Assembly: GCA_037308085.1 (NCBI GenBank)
Contig: CP147779.1
Span: 1,024,001 to 1,088,000 of the forward strand
Length of the DNA stretch: 64,000 nucleotides
Source of the DNA: Promethearchaeati archaeon SRVP18_Atabeyarchaeia-1
Lineage (GTDB): Archaea > Asgardarchaeota > Atabeyarchaeia > Atabeyarchaeales > Atabeyarchaeaceae
Reading direction: 5' to 3'
Shown: positions 51,701 through 61,197 of the stretch, in pieces
How the letters are laid out: each line of letters starts with the position of its first letter
Position numbering within the stretch: position 1 is the stretch's first letter
The notes under the pieces: model-generated
Database searches by the model: none
What the model saw: only the letters and a program-made list of their open reading frames with translations
Told to the model about the DNA's origin: nothing
Position numbers and translations under genes: made by a program

Positions 51701-52782
51701 TGGAATGGTCTGACTCGATTGCAGTCCGCATAGAGGAATTCAACCCCAACGATCTCGATGAACTGAAGTGGAAAGATCAAAAGATTGTTCACGGCAGATT
51801 TCTGAATGAGAACCTGACGCAAGTCCCAACCGACGAGCTACTCGAATACTACTATGCTTCGAGGTCCCCCTCATTCGTTCTAGGATACGACGATCAACGG
51901 ATTCTTGAACTGCTAACCAAGTCTGGGCCTCTAGAAGAAAAGGAGATAACGGCAAGAACTGGTCTAGATCCGGAGACTGTACGTGGATCCCTGGAAAACG
52001 TGGAGAAAGCCGCTAGAATAGTTAGAGTCAGAAAAGGTGACTCGCACTATACAACTGATAGCTGGTTCTACGATGTCATCGACCACTACCTGCCAAGCGG
52101 TTCATCACAATTCGAGAGCACGAGTCCGAAGGACGCGAGAAAGAAGATCATACTGAAGTTTCTTGCAGCAAACGGCCCTGTGAGCTTAAGGCAAATCGAG
52201 GAATGGTCACACATGGAGTTAGCTGAGATCAAATCAGTTCTATCAGAGCTTGAGGCAGAAGGAAGAATCTCCTCAAACGTCTATGTCGAAGGGGTCGCAG
52301 GCAGAAGATATGTTAGAAAGGAGGACCTGCCAGAACTGAGATCACTAGAAGAGCTGTACCTCAGCCAGAAGCTCACCAACGGGGCGCCCTACTATGTCAC
52401 ACTTCCGAACTACGACCCATTAATCAAAACATGGAAAGACGAGCTGCTCAGAGTTTTCTCAATTGGTCTAATAGAACTTGGAGCAGACTACTATATGTTG
52501 ACACTTAGATCAGGAAAACCGGTGGCTGCTATACAAGTCCACTTTGAGGTAAACACCATGAGGATACACGACATGGAGCTGCTCGACTCGCTTGACCTCA
52601 GAATTGTGCAAGACGTGATCAAGGACATAGAGAAAACCGCGCATGACTCAAGAAAAATGGAGTTGCAGATCGAGCGCATAAGCGGTAGAGGAGCCCAGGA
52701 TAAGCTGAATAGGCAGAGAGTCGAGACATTTCTTGAGAATGGTTATCGACTTAATGAAGGAATCCTGCGTAAGAAACTATAA
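45745..52782 (+). CDS. lhr: Giant Lhr helicase with four C-terminal AlkZ/HTH_42-like modules
   Basis: TGSGKT, SPLRALNND, DEIH, SAT, HHGSLS, TSLELGID, QRIGRAGH, GTIP; repeated QHLxP..G..DI...DIGP units. Confidence 0.93.
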   Translation: MAIRFVGGSPPSDEETFGKLRPYVAGWFKEKFGEMTPPQKYAIPLIQRNENTLVFSSTGSGKTLAAFLSMIDKLFSMGESGELEETVYVLYVSPLRALNNDIKRNLMVPLEGIRETSRRANVELPMINVAVRTGDTPQAERSRMLRHPPHILITTPETLSIVLNSPKFSERLKTIKWVIVDEIHELCDSKRGVHLSLSLERLQHLIGGDKEFVRVGCSATQAPVDEIAKFLVGYRDDGSFRDCNIVDVYSTKSLDIGVITPVSNLAYASYDSATDNMYELLKKQIDSHTTTLVFTNTRSGTERIAFRLKELYGDESVDQLAAHHGSLSRDTRLDVEERLKKGQLKAAVSSTSLELGIDIGYIDLVCQIGSPKSVAKGLQRIGRAGHALHETSIGRLLVFDLDDLVECTVLVKSAYEGKIDRVAIPRNCLDVLAQHLVGMSIESKWTPDDALRLIRRSYCYHELPKEDFMGVIRYLAGEHVNLEERGVYRKLWFDEDQQVFGRKRGARMIYFLNIGTIPEESNYRVLLEEYRNPLGQLSESFVERLQPGDIFVLGGRAYEFRRTSGMKVYVRPAFGRRPTVPSWTGEMLPRSFDLSCEIGKFRQVIAGRIKKEGLDATKKWLLEEYRVDERSADSMIVYFRNQLAITGTVPTDKRIMIEGYIDKRGRLNIIFHSVYGRRVNDALSRAYAYAITRVSKVNVGTAILDDGFVITLPAGRMIDLNRVPLLVNPENVEDFIRKAIRKTELFKQRFRHCAVRSFMVLRMYKGWEISVSRQQTRAIKVLDLLEGMEDFPVVKETYREILEDDMDLPNAKNVINGLKSGDIESRVLPLTDVPSPFSHGLILVGAEDVVLMEDREALLRELHRQVLSRVIGEAGEVLFSEETVQALYNQRQHLTPETQGKEKEDIVRILHDIGPAEIFRDTYPTILNRMAVDPETVSQWAEELVMEGRVIIIRTPKGESFGVTTDDFVTYYHVFRSAPGELDELEKNMLKALEVKPLKASELMVSLNSGYPHVRRALRRLERAMLVVRSKYSPKGSAREQALETTWSLTSRHLPSQVFASVEHADPEEEKEKAVKHFLRSFGPCVASEVATHLNMSEEEAEKIFNRLERMGDVLSGYFIPSKPPRQYLLAEDRELLKQIEKSREPIRFPEAVVTQLVLEKQHLTPTTRGKGEEDIVTMIAELGPIQSHRALYHRIEKFDLDTLRRLWASEKKLMLGRFTERGLSYIRTSDLPIYVALREANGVLLSDLDRLVLGIIEKENPITKGRITALTGLEKPTVEESLERLEESLLVLRTVPYDMEPEAQQVILYEPAGNYTSQFQKLSRSEALRTLIQRTIEGHGMITIQGIISLTNLPYDEVESTLSALRRERLIVSGQFIEGIPIETYLVAKDLQRLKELGSEFAVGGTKEGEIPFEGRIMVDVLGNLDPYTWRVAQQLSDLYGSAFLNPIVVDGVLVGAADLHVTQDLLHVADLKVSELLLEKPELLEKIAKRFIEIASYYGLMAAEVEFVWGQPAVTEKNEKLVKVFTELGYEIVGDRLCWGETPSELFDEQVVRVFQFKKQHVDPETRGRTRDDVYRIMRDIGPIWTPWEEKLSIRVEDLRREWVEELLKKDRVLVEDTLLGSKPMLLPVKDWPTYWWACKTPVKLSLDAVKLLKVIRENGPISKKSLIRKSLMHQLDVEHLLSILCQMRLITNIGNSTTAGIWVTIDQWLPATVKLEDYVEPHEARRRIILRLLRSLGPLTVSQLRELTALHSRQVRLVLSELRDQGIVGLGRFLRSPRTQIQFVALEDLEELHSISSMVKDGDYGRTTRAFTVPPGDPLYYALKDEIKSTFRTGWCYTVVLNDDLVAAFKSKGAKKKHFIITDLLIQGKQVERKEVILKIIGQIDETARCVGSLDIEVKSINEKPVTYEGNQSIVEIFKSAGYKAGGLVLYKPFSVSIQPSGKEVFAEDVCVEFLMRRQHLSPQYKGRGKDEILKVLHDIGRVEWSDSIAVRIEEFNPNDLDELKWKDQKIVHGRFLNENLTQVPTDELLEYYYASRSPSFVLGYDDQRILELLTKSGPLEEKEITARTGLDPETVRGSLENVEKAARIVRVRKGDSHYTTDSWFYDVIDHYLPSGSSQFESTSPKDARKKIILKFLAANGPVSLRQIEEWSHMELAEIKSVLSELEAEGRISSNVYVEGVAGRRYVRKEDLPELRSLEELYLSQKLTNGAPYYVTLPNYDPLIKTWKDELLRVFSIGLIELGADYYMLTLRSGKPVAAIQVHFEVNTMRIHDMELLDSLDLRIVQDVIKDIEKTAHDSRKMELQIERISGRGAQDKLNRQRVETFLENGYRLNEGILRKKL
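48376..52779 (+). repeat. Four protein-level repeats starting at 48376, 49186, 50386 and 51586
   Basis: LFSEE..QHLTPETQG / RFPEA..QHLTPTTRG / LFDEQ..QHVDPETRG / VFAED..QHLSPQYKG. Confidence 0.85.
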
Positions 52783-52785
52783 ACG

Positions 52786-53430
52786 GTGGAGGAGATGTCG
52801 CGGGCAATGTCAATCTGGTTGAAATATAGAGAGGAGATGGCTCAAGTAAAGAACTACCTCAAGACAACTGCTCCTCATGGAGATGACTCGTTCTTCCCCT
52901 ACAGCGATCCCGCCTACAAGTGGGAGCACACCCTGATGGTTCTGAACAGCGGCCTGCTACTCGCCAAAGAAGAGAGGGCCAACATTGACGTCGTAGCCCT
53001 TGGAGCGATTTTCCATGACGTATGCTACTACACTGCAAGCTACGAAGAGCATGGGCACGAAGGATCCAAGTACGCCACGGAGTATATGAGGAAGAAGGGC
53101 TACCCGAATGAGCTTATTGCGAACGTATCGTACGCCGTAGGTGTTCATATTGGAGAAATGAATCCCAAGACTATAGAAGCTAAAATAATCCAGGATGCGG
53201 ACACACTTGACAAGGTTGGGGCGGTCGGCGTCGCCCTGATACTATTGAACGCGGGCGCAGGAAAGTTGCTCTTTCTCGACGCGATCAACAAGTACAAGAC
53301 TGAATATGTGAAGAAACTCGACTTCATGGTCAACTCTATGTGGACAAAGAAGGCTCGCCAGATAATGGCAGAGCGGACGAACTTTCTCACCGCCTACTTC
53401 AAGCAGCTTGAAAGCGAATTAACAAGCTGA
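52786..53430 (+). CDS. HD-domain phosphohydrolase
   Basis: EH, FHD, EHG, QDADTLD; 3 nt after the lhr stop. Confidence 0.9.
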   Translation: MEEMSRAMSIWLKYREEMAQVKNYLKTTAPHGDDSFFPYSDPAYKWEHTLMVLNSGLLLAKEERANIDVVALGAIFHDVCYYTASYEEHGHEGSKYATEYMRKKGYPNELIANVSYAVGVHIGEMNPKTIEAKIIQDADTLDKVGAVGVALILLNAGAGKLLFLDAINKYKTEYVKKLDFMVNSMWTKKARQIMAERTNFLTAYFKQLESELTS

Positions 53431-54103
53431 AACCCTAGCCCTCACTCGTTCTTTCTCAATCACCTTGCATTCAAAGAATGTCAGAATTCCTGATAAAAGA
53501 GCACGATTGCGAGGTTACAATACTGCAGGAGGATACTAGATTAGGAACTTCCGTGCCTGACGATGAGATAGACTTGATTATAGCATCTCCAGCGCCCACG
53601 GTGATGCTCAATTAGAAGTAGGAAGTCTTGAAATTCATTGAACATCTTCCGGTGTTTCGAGCCGCATGCCAACCTCTGGTGCCTCAACTACGATGACAAA
53701 GTTGTCAGATGGCTTCCGAGACGTGCAGGAGCGGTGCTGATTGCTGACATGCAAAATGTTTCAACCGAGTTGGTGAACTATCAGGCATATAGACCCGCGA
53801 AGCAAAGCTGAACTACTCTGAGAAATCTACACTAACGGTGCCTTACGACAACCACCAGGGACCTAGCACAAGCAAAGCGAATTCTATCGAGCCGCCAACT
53901 CAGTTGCTTCCCACTCCTCTTAATTATATCACTCCCATTGCGAACATCTCATTTCATCCGTCATGGTTATATAGAATATCAAATTGAATTATGGAATGAA
54001 TGCGATAACTGTGGCAGCAACCGCCCGCCCCCCGGGTGAGTTGAGTAAGTAGCTTCGTTACTTGCATTCCGTGGAACGAACTCTTTGGAGGTATTGAATC
54101 ATT

Positions 54104-54487
54104 ATGAGTAAGAACCTCAGGAAAGATCTTGAAACCGTGTTAAAGGATTTTGAGTCGACGGCCGGCGATGTCGAGGGCTCAGCCCTCGTTAGAAGCGATG
54201 GTTTGATCGTTGCATTTGCGATGCCCAAGAGCACAGATGAGTCTCTAGTTGCAGCTATGTCCGCTGCTCTTCTTAACATTGGCACGCGAACAGCTAATGA
54301 ACTCAGTCGCGGTGACCTTGACAAGGTCATAGTGAGCGGTACCAAAGGCGATGTCGTCTTAATGGGTGCAGGAGCTGACTCAGTTCTCTCAGCAACCACC
54401 AAGGCAGGTGCGAACCTCGGGCTCGTACTTGTCGAGATGAAGAGAACGAGTTCAAAGCTAGGACACCTGATTTCTGGAGGTATTTAG
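54104..54487 (+). CDS. Roadblock/LC7 domain protein
   Basis: SALVRSDGL, VAAMSAALL, ANLGLVLVEM. Confidence 0.93.
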   Translation: MSKNLRKDLETVLKDFESTAGDVEGSALVRSDGLIVAFAMPKSTDESLVAAMSAALLNIGTRTANELSRGDLDKVIVSGTKGDVVLMGAGADSVLSATTKAGANLGLVLVEMKRTSSKLGHLISGGI

Positions 54488-54531
54488 CTTTTCAACTAAG
54501 ATGATAGAATTCAAGGAGGCATGCGTCTCGT

Positions 54532-54999
54532 ATGGTAAGACAAGCAAATCCGATGTTTGAGGCAATTTCCTATTACGCCTTGATGACTGCAATGGAAAAA
54601 GTGGGGATAAATCCGGGGCTACTCGCTCGACAAACGTCAACTGCTATAACCCCCGTTATGAGCGGCTTTCTCGAGAATTTCTTAGGCCGAAGTCAAATGC
54701 CAAAAGCCCTGAACGAGTTCTTCGAAATGGAAAAATTGATCTTCAAGATTGGCAACATCTGCGACGCAGAGAAAATGCAAGTGACCTGCAAGGATGGGAC
54801 ATCCGTAATGAAAATCTTTGATTGCAGCCTGCAGGAAGTAGCGAAATTTGCCAAATCCGCAGGTTACAAGCAATGTCCAATGTGCATTGTTGGAGCAATG
54901 ACGATGGGAACGGTAAAAGCCATGAACCTCGGCGACATCAAGAACCTCAAAGTTGAAAAGAACGGCGACTGTTGCACTATAAGTTTGATGTCTGACTAG
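54532..54999 (+). CDS. V4R-like hypothetical protein
   Basis: DC...CPMC...CC spacing typical of V4R-like domains. Confidence 0.55.
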   Translation: MVRQANPMFEAISYYALMTAMEKVGINPGLLARQTSTAITPVMSGFLENFLGRSQMPKALNEFFEMEKLIFKIGNICDAEKMQVTCKDGTSVMKIFDCSLQEVAKFAKSAGYKQCPMCIVGAMTMGTVKAMNLGDIKNLKVEKNGDCCTISLMSD

Positions 55000-55324
55000 A
55001 GTAGCCGCAGGATCTATTCCCTCTTTTCTTTTCGGGGGAAATGTCACTTGATTTTTCATCGACTCTGAGGTCTCATGAGCAAGTATCAACGAACAAAGGA
55101 TTCTTAAACTACATCAATTTAGGGTTGTGTAAGATTAGCTTACATATATATACGTTAATATTCTAACTGCAGCCACGAAACTAGATAATTGCTGATTCTA
55201 TGCCCTAGCTTGATCACCAGAATTATTAGGGGTTCCAATGAGAATCGCGTGAGAGATCACGTCCATTTCTCACCGAACTGGGATCGCTACTCATAAAGCG
55301 CCCAGCCTAATGGAAAATCGATGA

Positions 55325-56797
55325 ATGGGGGTATCAGCAATGACCATAATGCCTCACGTCCAAAAGATCATAGACTCGTGGGTAGTTTACAAGATGGATG
55401 TCAATGACCCGACATTCAAGTCTTGGAAGGAGATTGATGAAATAAGAAACAAGAACCTACAGAGACAAGTCAAACTCTGCGCGCAGTACAGCAGATTCTA
55501 TAAAGACTTCTTCAAGCAACACAACATCAACCCAGAGAGCATCAAGACGACTGACGATTTGCAGAAGATACCACTCACAACAAAAAAAGATTACATGGCT
55601 GATCCGCTTGCATTCAAGCTCGAATTTGACAGGCTCGGATTATATGATGCGATATGGGACATAAACTACACAGCAGGCACGACAACAGGTCATCCAACAC
55701 AATTCTACAACACCGTACACGACCACTACTCATCGCTGTTACAAGGCATAAGATCATTTAAGATAGGTGGCGGCCCTACACCAGACGATCTGATGATCAA
55801 CCTATTCCCGCTGTTTTTGCCACACATCGGTTGGATCAAGACTGTCGAATATCCCATTGCCATAGGTATACCTGTTGTATCTGCGAATGTCGGCTCCCCT
55901 CATCCCGAGTTTCCTGTGCACCGAAAACTCCAAACTGCCATAGAGCTTATTGAGCATTACTCCAAAATGCAGAAAGTTTCCAATCGCCATACTATTTTCA
56001 TGGGCGTTGCCTCATTCATAAGGCGACTGCTAATGCTAGCTGAGAGACAAGGTAGGGACTTCAGTACGGTGCGCATGGTTCGAGCGCTCGGAGAGGCGGC
56101 GCCCAAAGAGTTACGTGACGACATTAGGATGAGGCTACGGAATCTTGGCGCGGGTGAGGTATTCGTAGGCAACGATTACGGGTTCACTGAAATGCAGGGT
56201 TCAACCACTGAGTGCGTTGAGCTTGGTGGATGTCACAACCCATCACCTGAATTATACTTCTTCGAGACTGTTGATGAGAAGACGGGTGAGAGGCTGGACT
56301 ATGGAAAGGAAGGGCTACTAGCTATAACGCATCTTAATCGTCGCGGAACTGTTTTGCTTCGTTACGTAATAGGGGACCTAGCTGCAATTAAGGTGGAGAC
56401 TTGCCCAAACTGCGGTAGAAACGGTGAACGAATAGTCATCGCAACCGGGAGTACTTATGCAACTAGGACAAGTGAGTTGGTCAAACTCAAAGGGGTGCTG
56501 TTTAACCCTGAACTGCTAAGAAATGAAGTCTCTACGACTCCTGGCGTAGCTGAGTACTGTGTAGTATTCAGGAAGGAAGATCCACATGATCCTTTTTCTC
56601 CAGATGTCCTTGAACTAAGAATAGCTCACTTTGAGGGTGTGAACCAGGCTGAATTAGAGAAGGAACTTATCGATAGAGTCTTTAATGCATGTGAGATGAG
56701 ACCCAAAGTCACATTCACTGACATGAACTCTATTTTCGACCCTTCAGTTAGTCTGAAGGCACAACGTGTCTTGGACTTCAGACCGAAGCCCAAATGA
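55325..56797 (+). CDS. Phenylacetate-CoA ligase-like AMP-binding enzyme
   Basis: TAGTTTGHP, YGFTE, LRYVIGD. Confidence 0.85.
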   Translation: MGVSAMTIMPHVQKIIDSWVVYKMDVNDPTFKSWKEIDEIRNKNLQRQVKLCAQYSRFYKDFFKQHNINPESIKTTDDLQKIPLTTKKDYMADPLAFKLEFDRLGLYDAIWDINYTAGTTTGHPTQFYNTVHDHYSSLLQGIRSFKIGGGPTPDDLMINLFPLFLPHIGWIKTVEYPIAIGIPVVSANVGSPHPEFPVHRKLQTAIELIEHYSKMQKVSNRHTIFMGVASFIRRLLMLAERQGRDFSTVRMVRALGEAAPKELRDDIRMRLRNLGAGEVFVGNDYGFTEMQGSTTECVELGGCHNPSPELYFFETVDEKTGERLDYGKEGLLAITHLNRRGTVLLRYVIGDLAAIKVETCPNCGRNGERIVIATGSTYATRTSELVKLKGVLFNPELLRNEVSTTPGVAEYCVVFRKEDPHDPFSPDVLELRIAHFEGVNQAELEKELIDRVFNACEMRPKVTFTDMNSIFDPSVSLKAQRVLDFRPKPK

Positions 56798-57420
56798 GTA
56801 GGATTTGGGGTTGGAAGTCCTCGCCCTTTTATCCTACATCTCTTTCTCAAGGGCTGAAGTATTAGTTCAGCATTTGCTCAAGGAGCACGGTTAACGACAT
56901 GCTGACCTTATAAAGGATCACTAGTTGACAGGCTGGTGACAGAGAAAGCATCCATGTTTCACAGAGTATGAGCCATTGACCAAATCAACTACTACAGGTT
57001 AGAATTTCTCTAACGAAATGGCGCAGGATGAAATGTAAGAGGTGACTTGAGCAAAGGAAAGAAATATCTTATTCCTGTTGACGAAGTCGATCGGCTCTTC
57101 CAAGAGTGTCGAAGAAAGTGAGTTGGTGCGAGGAGATTGGAAGTAGCGACTTCATCTATTAGTACAGGAAGCTGTAGAAAGCAGAGGATTAGGGTACGAC
57201 AAGTAGAGCAGCCAGCAGACCCCCTTTTCTCCCCGCCAAATGCCAGAATTGCATAATAGAAAGATAGCGCCAGTTGCGCATGTGGGAATTTGTAGTTGTA
57301 GCATGCAAAAGGATTTATCCTCCGAGAATCTTTTCCCTTGAAAAGAGACCTATGGCATTGTATAGGAGAACTCTGCCATCGTCGCGCGAAATCGAGAAGT
57401 CAGGGTTCTCCTAAGATAAG

Positions 57421-58425
57421 ATGCGGTCTACTTCAGTGCAGGGGAAACGAAATCACATGCCCCAGATAACGATAACCCAACTCGCCCTAATCGTAATACT
57501 TGTCGTTACCTGTACAATCGCCTCTTTTTCCACGGACCATAATTCCCGCGCGATTAGAAGTCGGATCGCAGAGGGTCAGAGCCGACTGGCACTCTTGAGG
57601 AAGGAAAAAGGACGTCATGGTAGCGAAGTCATCGAAGCTGAGAAGTCATTGAGCAAGTTGGTGGAAGAGATGTCGAGAATTGAGCAATTCTCGTATTTGC
57701 CGAAGTTGCGAGGAGGCGAGTCCCTATCGGCGAAGCTCCGTTCCTCTCTGCCATACATCATTGGGATAACAATAGGCGTAATAGTGGGTGCCATTGTCAT
57801 AATGCTGATACCAATCATACTCATTGTTATTCTCTTCATTTTGGCGACATTTGTGGGCTCAAGCGGGCTGTTCTCTGAGTTTGTTCGCAGCCAAAACAGA
57901 GCCTTTGCCCTCTCGGCAATTCCTGCAGGTCTCTACGCATTGACCCAGGTGTTCGTTCTCCTGCAGCTGTACGACATATTCTATCTGGTGTTCTGGGTCT
58001 TTGATATTGTAGTAGTCCTCACCTTGATAGGCGTCTCAATGATATTCGGGAAGGAGCTTCAGCTGGAGATCGTCATAATACTAGTGGCGATACTGGCGGC
58101 ATGGGATATTTATGCAGTAATTTTCTCGAACGTCATGGGAGCAAACATATCGAAACTAGCATACACGCTTTTCAGCGTCCTCATCCCCAACGGAAATGGC
58201 TTCTCGCTGATTGGTGGGGGAGACTTTTTCTTCTCCTGTCTGCTTGTAACATCCTTTACGAGAAGGCTAAAGGCCGTTCCCGTAGCACTTGTATTTCTGA
58301 TTGGTGCATCTGTCACAGCGCTCATATTCGCAATGGCGATCACTGGTCAGACGATGGCACCAGCGCTTCCAGCGGTACTCGCAGCAGGACTATTCTCTGC
58401 AATATACTATCGCAGAAAACTGTGA
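57421..58425 (+). CDS. Presenilin/SPP-like (A22) intramembrane aspartyl protease
   Basis: AAWDIYAV, IGGGDF and PALP motifs in TM context; start uncertain. Confidence 0.78.
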   Translation: MRSTSVQGKRNHMPQITITQLALIVILVVTCTIASFSTDHNSRAIRSRIAEGQSRLALLRKEKGRHGSEVIEAEKSLSKLVEEMSRIEQFSYLPKLRGGESLSAKLRSSLPYIIGITIGVIVGAIVIMLIPIILIVILFILATFVGSSGLFSEFVRSQNRAFALSAIPAGLYALTQVFVLLQLYDIFYLVFWVFDIVVVLTLIGVSMIFGKELQLEIVIILVAILAAWDIYAVIFSNVMGANISKLAYTLFSVLIPNGNGFSLIGGGDFFFSCLLVTSFTRRLKAVPVALVFLIGASVTALIFAMAITGQTMAPALPAVLAAGLFSAIYYRRKL

Positions 58426-58639
58426 GAGTGAAGTGGTTCGAACCGTGCCTATTCCTCTCTATTAATGAGGATCCCTGCGCGAGGAAAGTTGCCACCAAAT
58501 TGAATGTGGATGGACACCTTATATTCCGACCTGCTCTATTGGTACTGAGTGACCTACAGTTGATATAGTGCGAGACTCCTGTCAAGGAATATCATAGATT
58601 AGGAAGGCGTTGCACAGAGTCCGATCGGCGGCTGGAACT

Positions 58640-60028
58640 ATGTCAAACGAATCCACGAAGAATGGTTATGCTGATGAAAAGAATTGGCTCGCTCCACTAC
58701 TAAGGGAGACGGGCGTCTCGGCAGCCGATCTGACCTATGATTTCAACTTGATAAAGGGAAGGGCCACGAAGAGCAATATGTGTGTCCTCTGCAAAGGTGG
58801 CAAGTTTCTTTGTGGCAAAACAAGATGCTCGGTACTGGCAAAAGCATTGACCTATAAGAAGATTGCGCGATCCATTGATAAGCTTGAGCTCGACGGAGCA
58901 TCTCCGCCCGGGGTCTTCATAGGAAGAATGGGTTACCCTAGGGTCTACGCTGGCCCTCTTGTTCCCCCAACTCATGGAGACACTTCGATCATGGATATTC
59001 CAGAACTCTGGGGGCCATGCGGATTTGCAAAGTCAATCGATGACATTATTGATTTTAGGCTGAGTCTCGTAAGGGGAAAGTCACGTATGACCGTTGATGC
59101 GGCAGCGTTAGACACCGGCAGCAGAATTATGGATGTAATAACGGAACTCGCCTTGGCAAGGGGTCCAGTTGAGACGGAAATGCTTCTCAGAAAGAAACCG
59201 AGTAGAACAGTATTGCTCGATGACGACATTCAGCCTTTTGGACCTTCGGCGCCAATCGACAAAGTGAAAGTCGGAAATGTATACTGGGATCCGCAGCTTG
59301 AGAAGGCTTACGGAGACCACGACCTAAAGGCAGCCGAGGCAGTGTCCTCGCTCTACGATAGCGGCGTGCTTGTATCCCGAATACAGAAGGCGTTCAGCGT
59401 TGGTGCCTTCGGAATCAAGAAGAACAGAAAACTCGTGCCAACGAGATGGAGCATAACCGCAGTCGACAGCCTCATATCAAAAACACTTCTGGAGAAGGTG
59501 ACTCTTCAGCCTCCCATCAATGAATACAGGATCTACGAGTCAAACTACCTTGACAACAGGTGGATCATTCTCATGGCTCCGCTATCATGGAGCTACGAAC
59601 TCGTTGAAGCATGGTACCCAGGCACCACGTGGAATCCCGACAGCAGTAACATCGTGATTTTCTCTGATCACGAAATGTTCGAGGGCAGAACAACTTACCC
59701 GGACATAGGAGGATGCTACTTCGCATCCAGGCTGGCAATAGCCGAGAGGCTCCTAGCAGAACGCCGCCAGGCAACCGTCGCCGTTCTGAGGGAGTCTCAT
59801 CCAGGGTACGTCCTCCCTGTGGGCGTCTGGTCTGTCAGAGAGAGTGTGAGAAATGCCTTGAGAAATCCCCCTATGAGGTACAACAACCTGCGTGATGCAA
59901 TCAGCCACATTTCCTCCAAGTTTGCGATACCACTATCCCGATGGCTCAAAACCAGCAAACTGCTCCAAGAGTTGCTGTATCAAACCAGGATAACTGATTT
60001 CCAGCAGTTGAGAACTTCGGAAGGGTAG
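58640..60028 (+). CDS. Nre-family DNA repair protein, copy 2
   Basis: CVLCKG..LCGKTRC, GASPP, LVPTRWSITAVD, PIP-like QTRITDF. Confidence 0.92.
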   Translation: MSNESTKNGYADEKNWLAPLLRETGVSAADLTYDFNLIKGRATKSNMCVLCKGGKFLCGKTRCSVLAKALTYKKIARSIDKLELDGASPPGVFIGRMGYPRVYAGPLVPPTHGDTSIMDIPELWGPCGFAKSIDDIIDFRLSLVRGKSRMTVDAAALDTGSRIMDVITELALARGPVETEMLLRKKPSRTVLLDDDIQPFGPSAPIDKVKVGNVYWDPQLEKAYGDHDLKAAEAVSSLYDSGVLVSRIQKAFSVGAFGIKKNRKLVPTRWSITAVDSLISKTLLEKVTLQPPINEYRIYESNYLDNRWIILMAPLSWSYELVEAWYPGTTWNPDSSNIVIFSDHEMFEGRTTYPDIGGCYFASRLAIAERLLAERRQATVAVLRESHPGYVLPVGVWSVRESVRNALRNPPMRYNNLRDAISHISSKFAIPLSRWLKTSKLLQELLYQTRITDFQQLRTSEG

Positions 60029-60105
60029 GACACTGTTTAATATCGTGAATTATTATATAAGCGTAAAACATATAAAGAACCTAATCACCTATTTCTGAGG
60101 AGGGA

Positions 60106-61197
60106 GTGCGTTACAACATGACAAAAGAGATACGAGTTGCCATAGTCGGCCTCGGAAACTGCGCATCTACGCTAGTCCAAGGGCTAACCTACTATAGAAA
60201 CGTTGAGAGCCGCGACATCGTACCAGGCTTGATGCATACAGAGCTGGGTGGCTACAAGATAAGGGACATCAAGGTCGTCGCAGCTTTTGATGTGAACAAG
60301 CTGAAGATAGGTCGCGACATAGGCGAGGCGATATTCGCCCATCCAAACGTTGCTGAGAAGTTTGCCGATGTGAAGAAGATGGGTGTGGAAGTTTCTCCAG
60401 GTCCGATTATGGATGGAGTCGCGCCTCATATGTTTGAATCATTCCATGTATATGGCAACGGGGTTCAGCCAGTCGAGCCAGTCAAGGTGCTGCAGGACTC
60501 GGGTGCCGAGATTCTCATCAACTACCTCCCTGTGGGAAGCCGAGAAGCGGCAAGATTCTATGCGCAGGCCTGCCTCGATGCAGGATGCGCCATGATAAAC
60601 TGTATCCCGGAGTTTATAGCTTCAGACCACGAATGGTCAAACAGATTCCTGGAGAAGAAGCTGCCTATTGCTGGGGATGACGTCAAGAGTCAGCTAGGTG
60701 CCACGATTCTTCACAGGGCGATAGTGAACTTGATGCTGGAGCGCGGGGTCAAGATAGAGGAGACGTACCAGCTGAACGTCGGCGGTGATACGGATTTCGA
60801 GAACATGCTCGACGAGAACCGGCTCGCGTCCAAAAGGATCAGCAAGACGCAGGCTGTTACGAGCCTCTCCAACTATGAATTCCCAACGAGGATCGGACCC
60901 TCAGACTGGGTAAGCTTCCTCAAAGACCAGAAGATCTGCTACATTTTCGTCAAGGGACGGAAATTCGGCGATCGACCAATAACAATAGACGTGAAGCTCT
61001 CGGTTGAAGACTCACCGAACAGTGGAGGCGTCGTCATAGACGTTATCAGAGGAACTAAGCTCGCTCTAGAAAGGAAGATAGGTGGAGCACTTGAGGGCAT
61101 TTCTTCCTATGCTTTCAAGCACCCGCCAGTAAATGTCACAGATGAAATCGCCAGAAAGTGGGCCCAAGACTTCATTGATGGTAAGAAGGAGCGATAG
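60106..61197 (+). CDS. ino1: myo-inositol-1-phosphate synthase
   Basis: GLGNCAS, NYLPVGS, GDDVKSQLGAT, SKRISKT, DSPNSGG. Confidence 0.95.
   Translation: MRYNMTKEIRVAIVGLGNCASTLVQGLTYYRNVESRDIVPGLMHTELGGYKIRDIKVVAAFDVNKLKIGRDIGEAIFAHPNVAEKFADVKKMGVEVSPGPIMDGVAPHMFESFHVYGNGVQPVEPVKVLQDSGAEILINYLPVGSREAARFYAQACLDAGCAMINCIPEFIASDHEWSNRFLEKKLPIAGDDVKSQLGATILHRAIVNLMLERGVKIEETYQLNVGGDTDFENMLDENRLASKRISKTQAVTSLSNYEFPTRIGPSDWVSFLKDQKICYIFVKGRKFGDRPITIDVKLSVEDSPNSGGVVIDVIRGTKLALERKIGGALEGISSYAFKHPPVNVTDEIARKWAQDFIDGKKER

Noticed and set aside
53431-54100. Long intergenic gap as an ncRNA or pseudogene
   Set aside because: No recognisable ORF, tRNA fold or repeat found by eye.
57047-57121. 24-aa ORF (SKGKKYLIPVDEVDRL) after GAGGTGA, faintly excisionase-like
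   Set aside because: Too short to support; chance or remnant.
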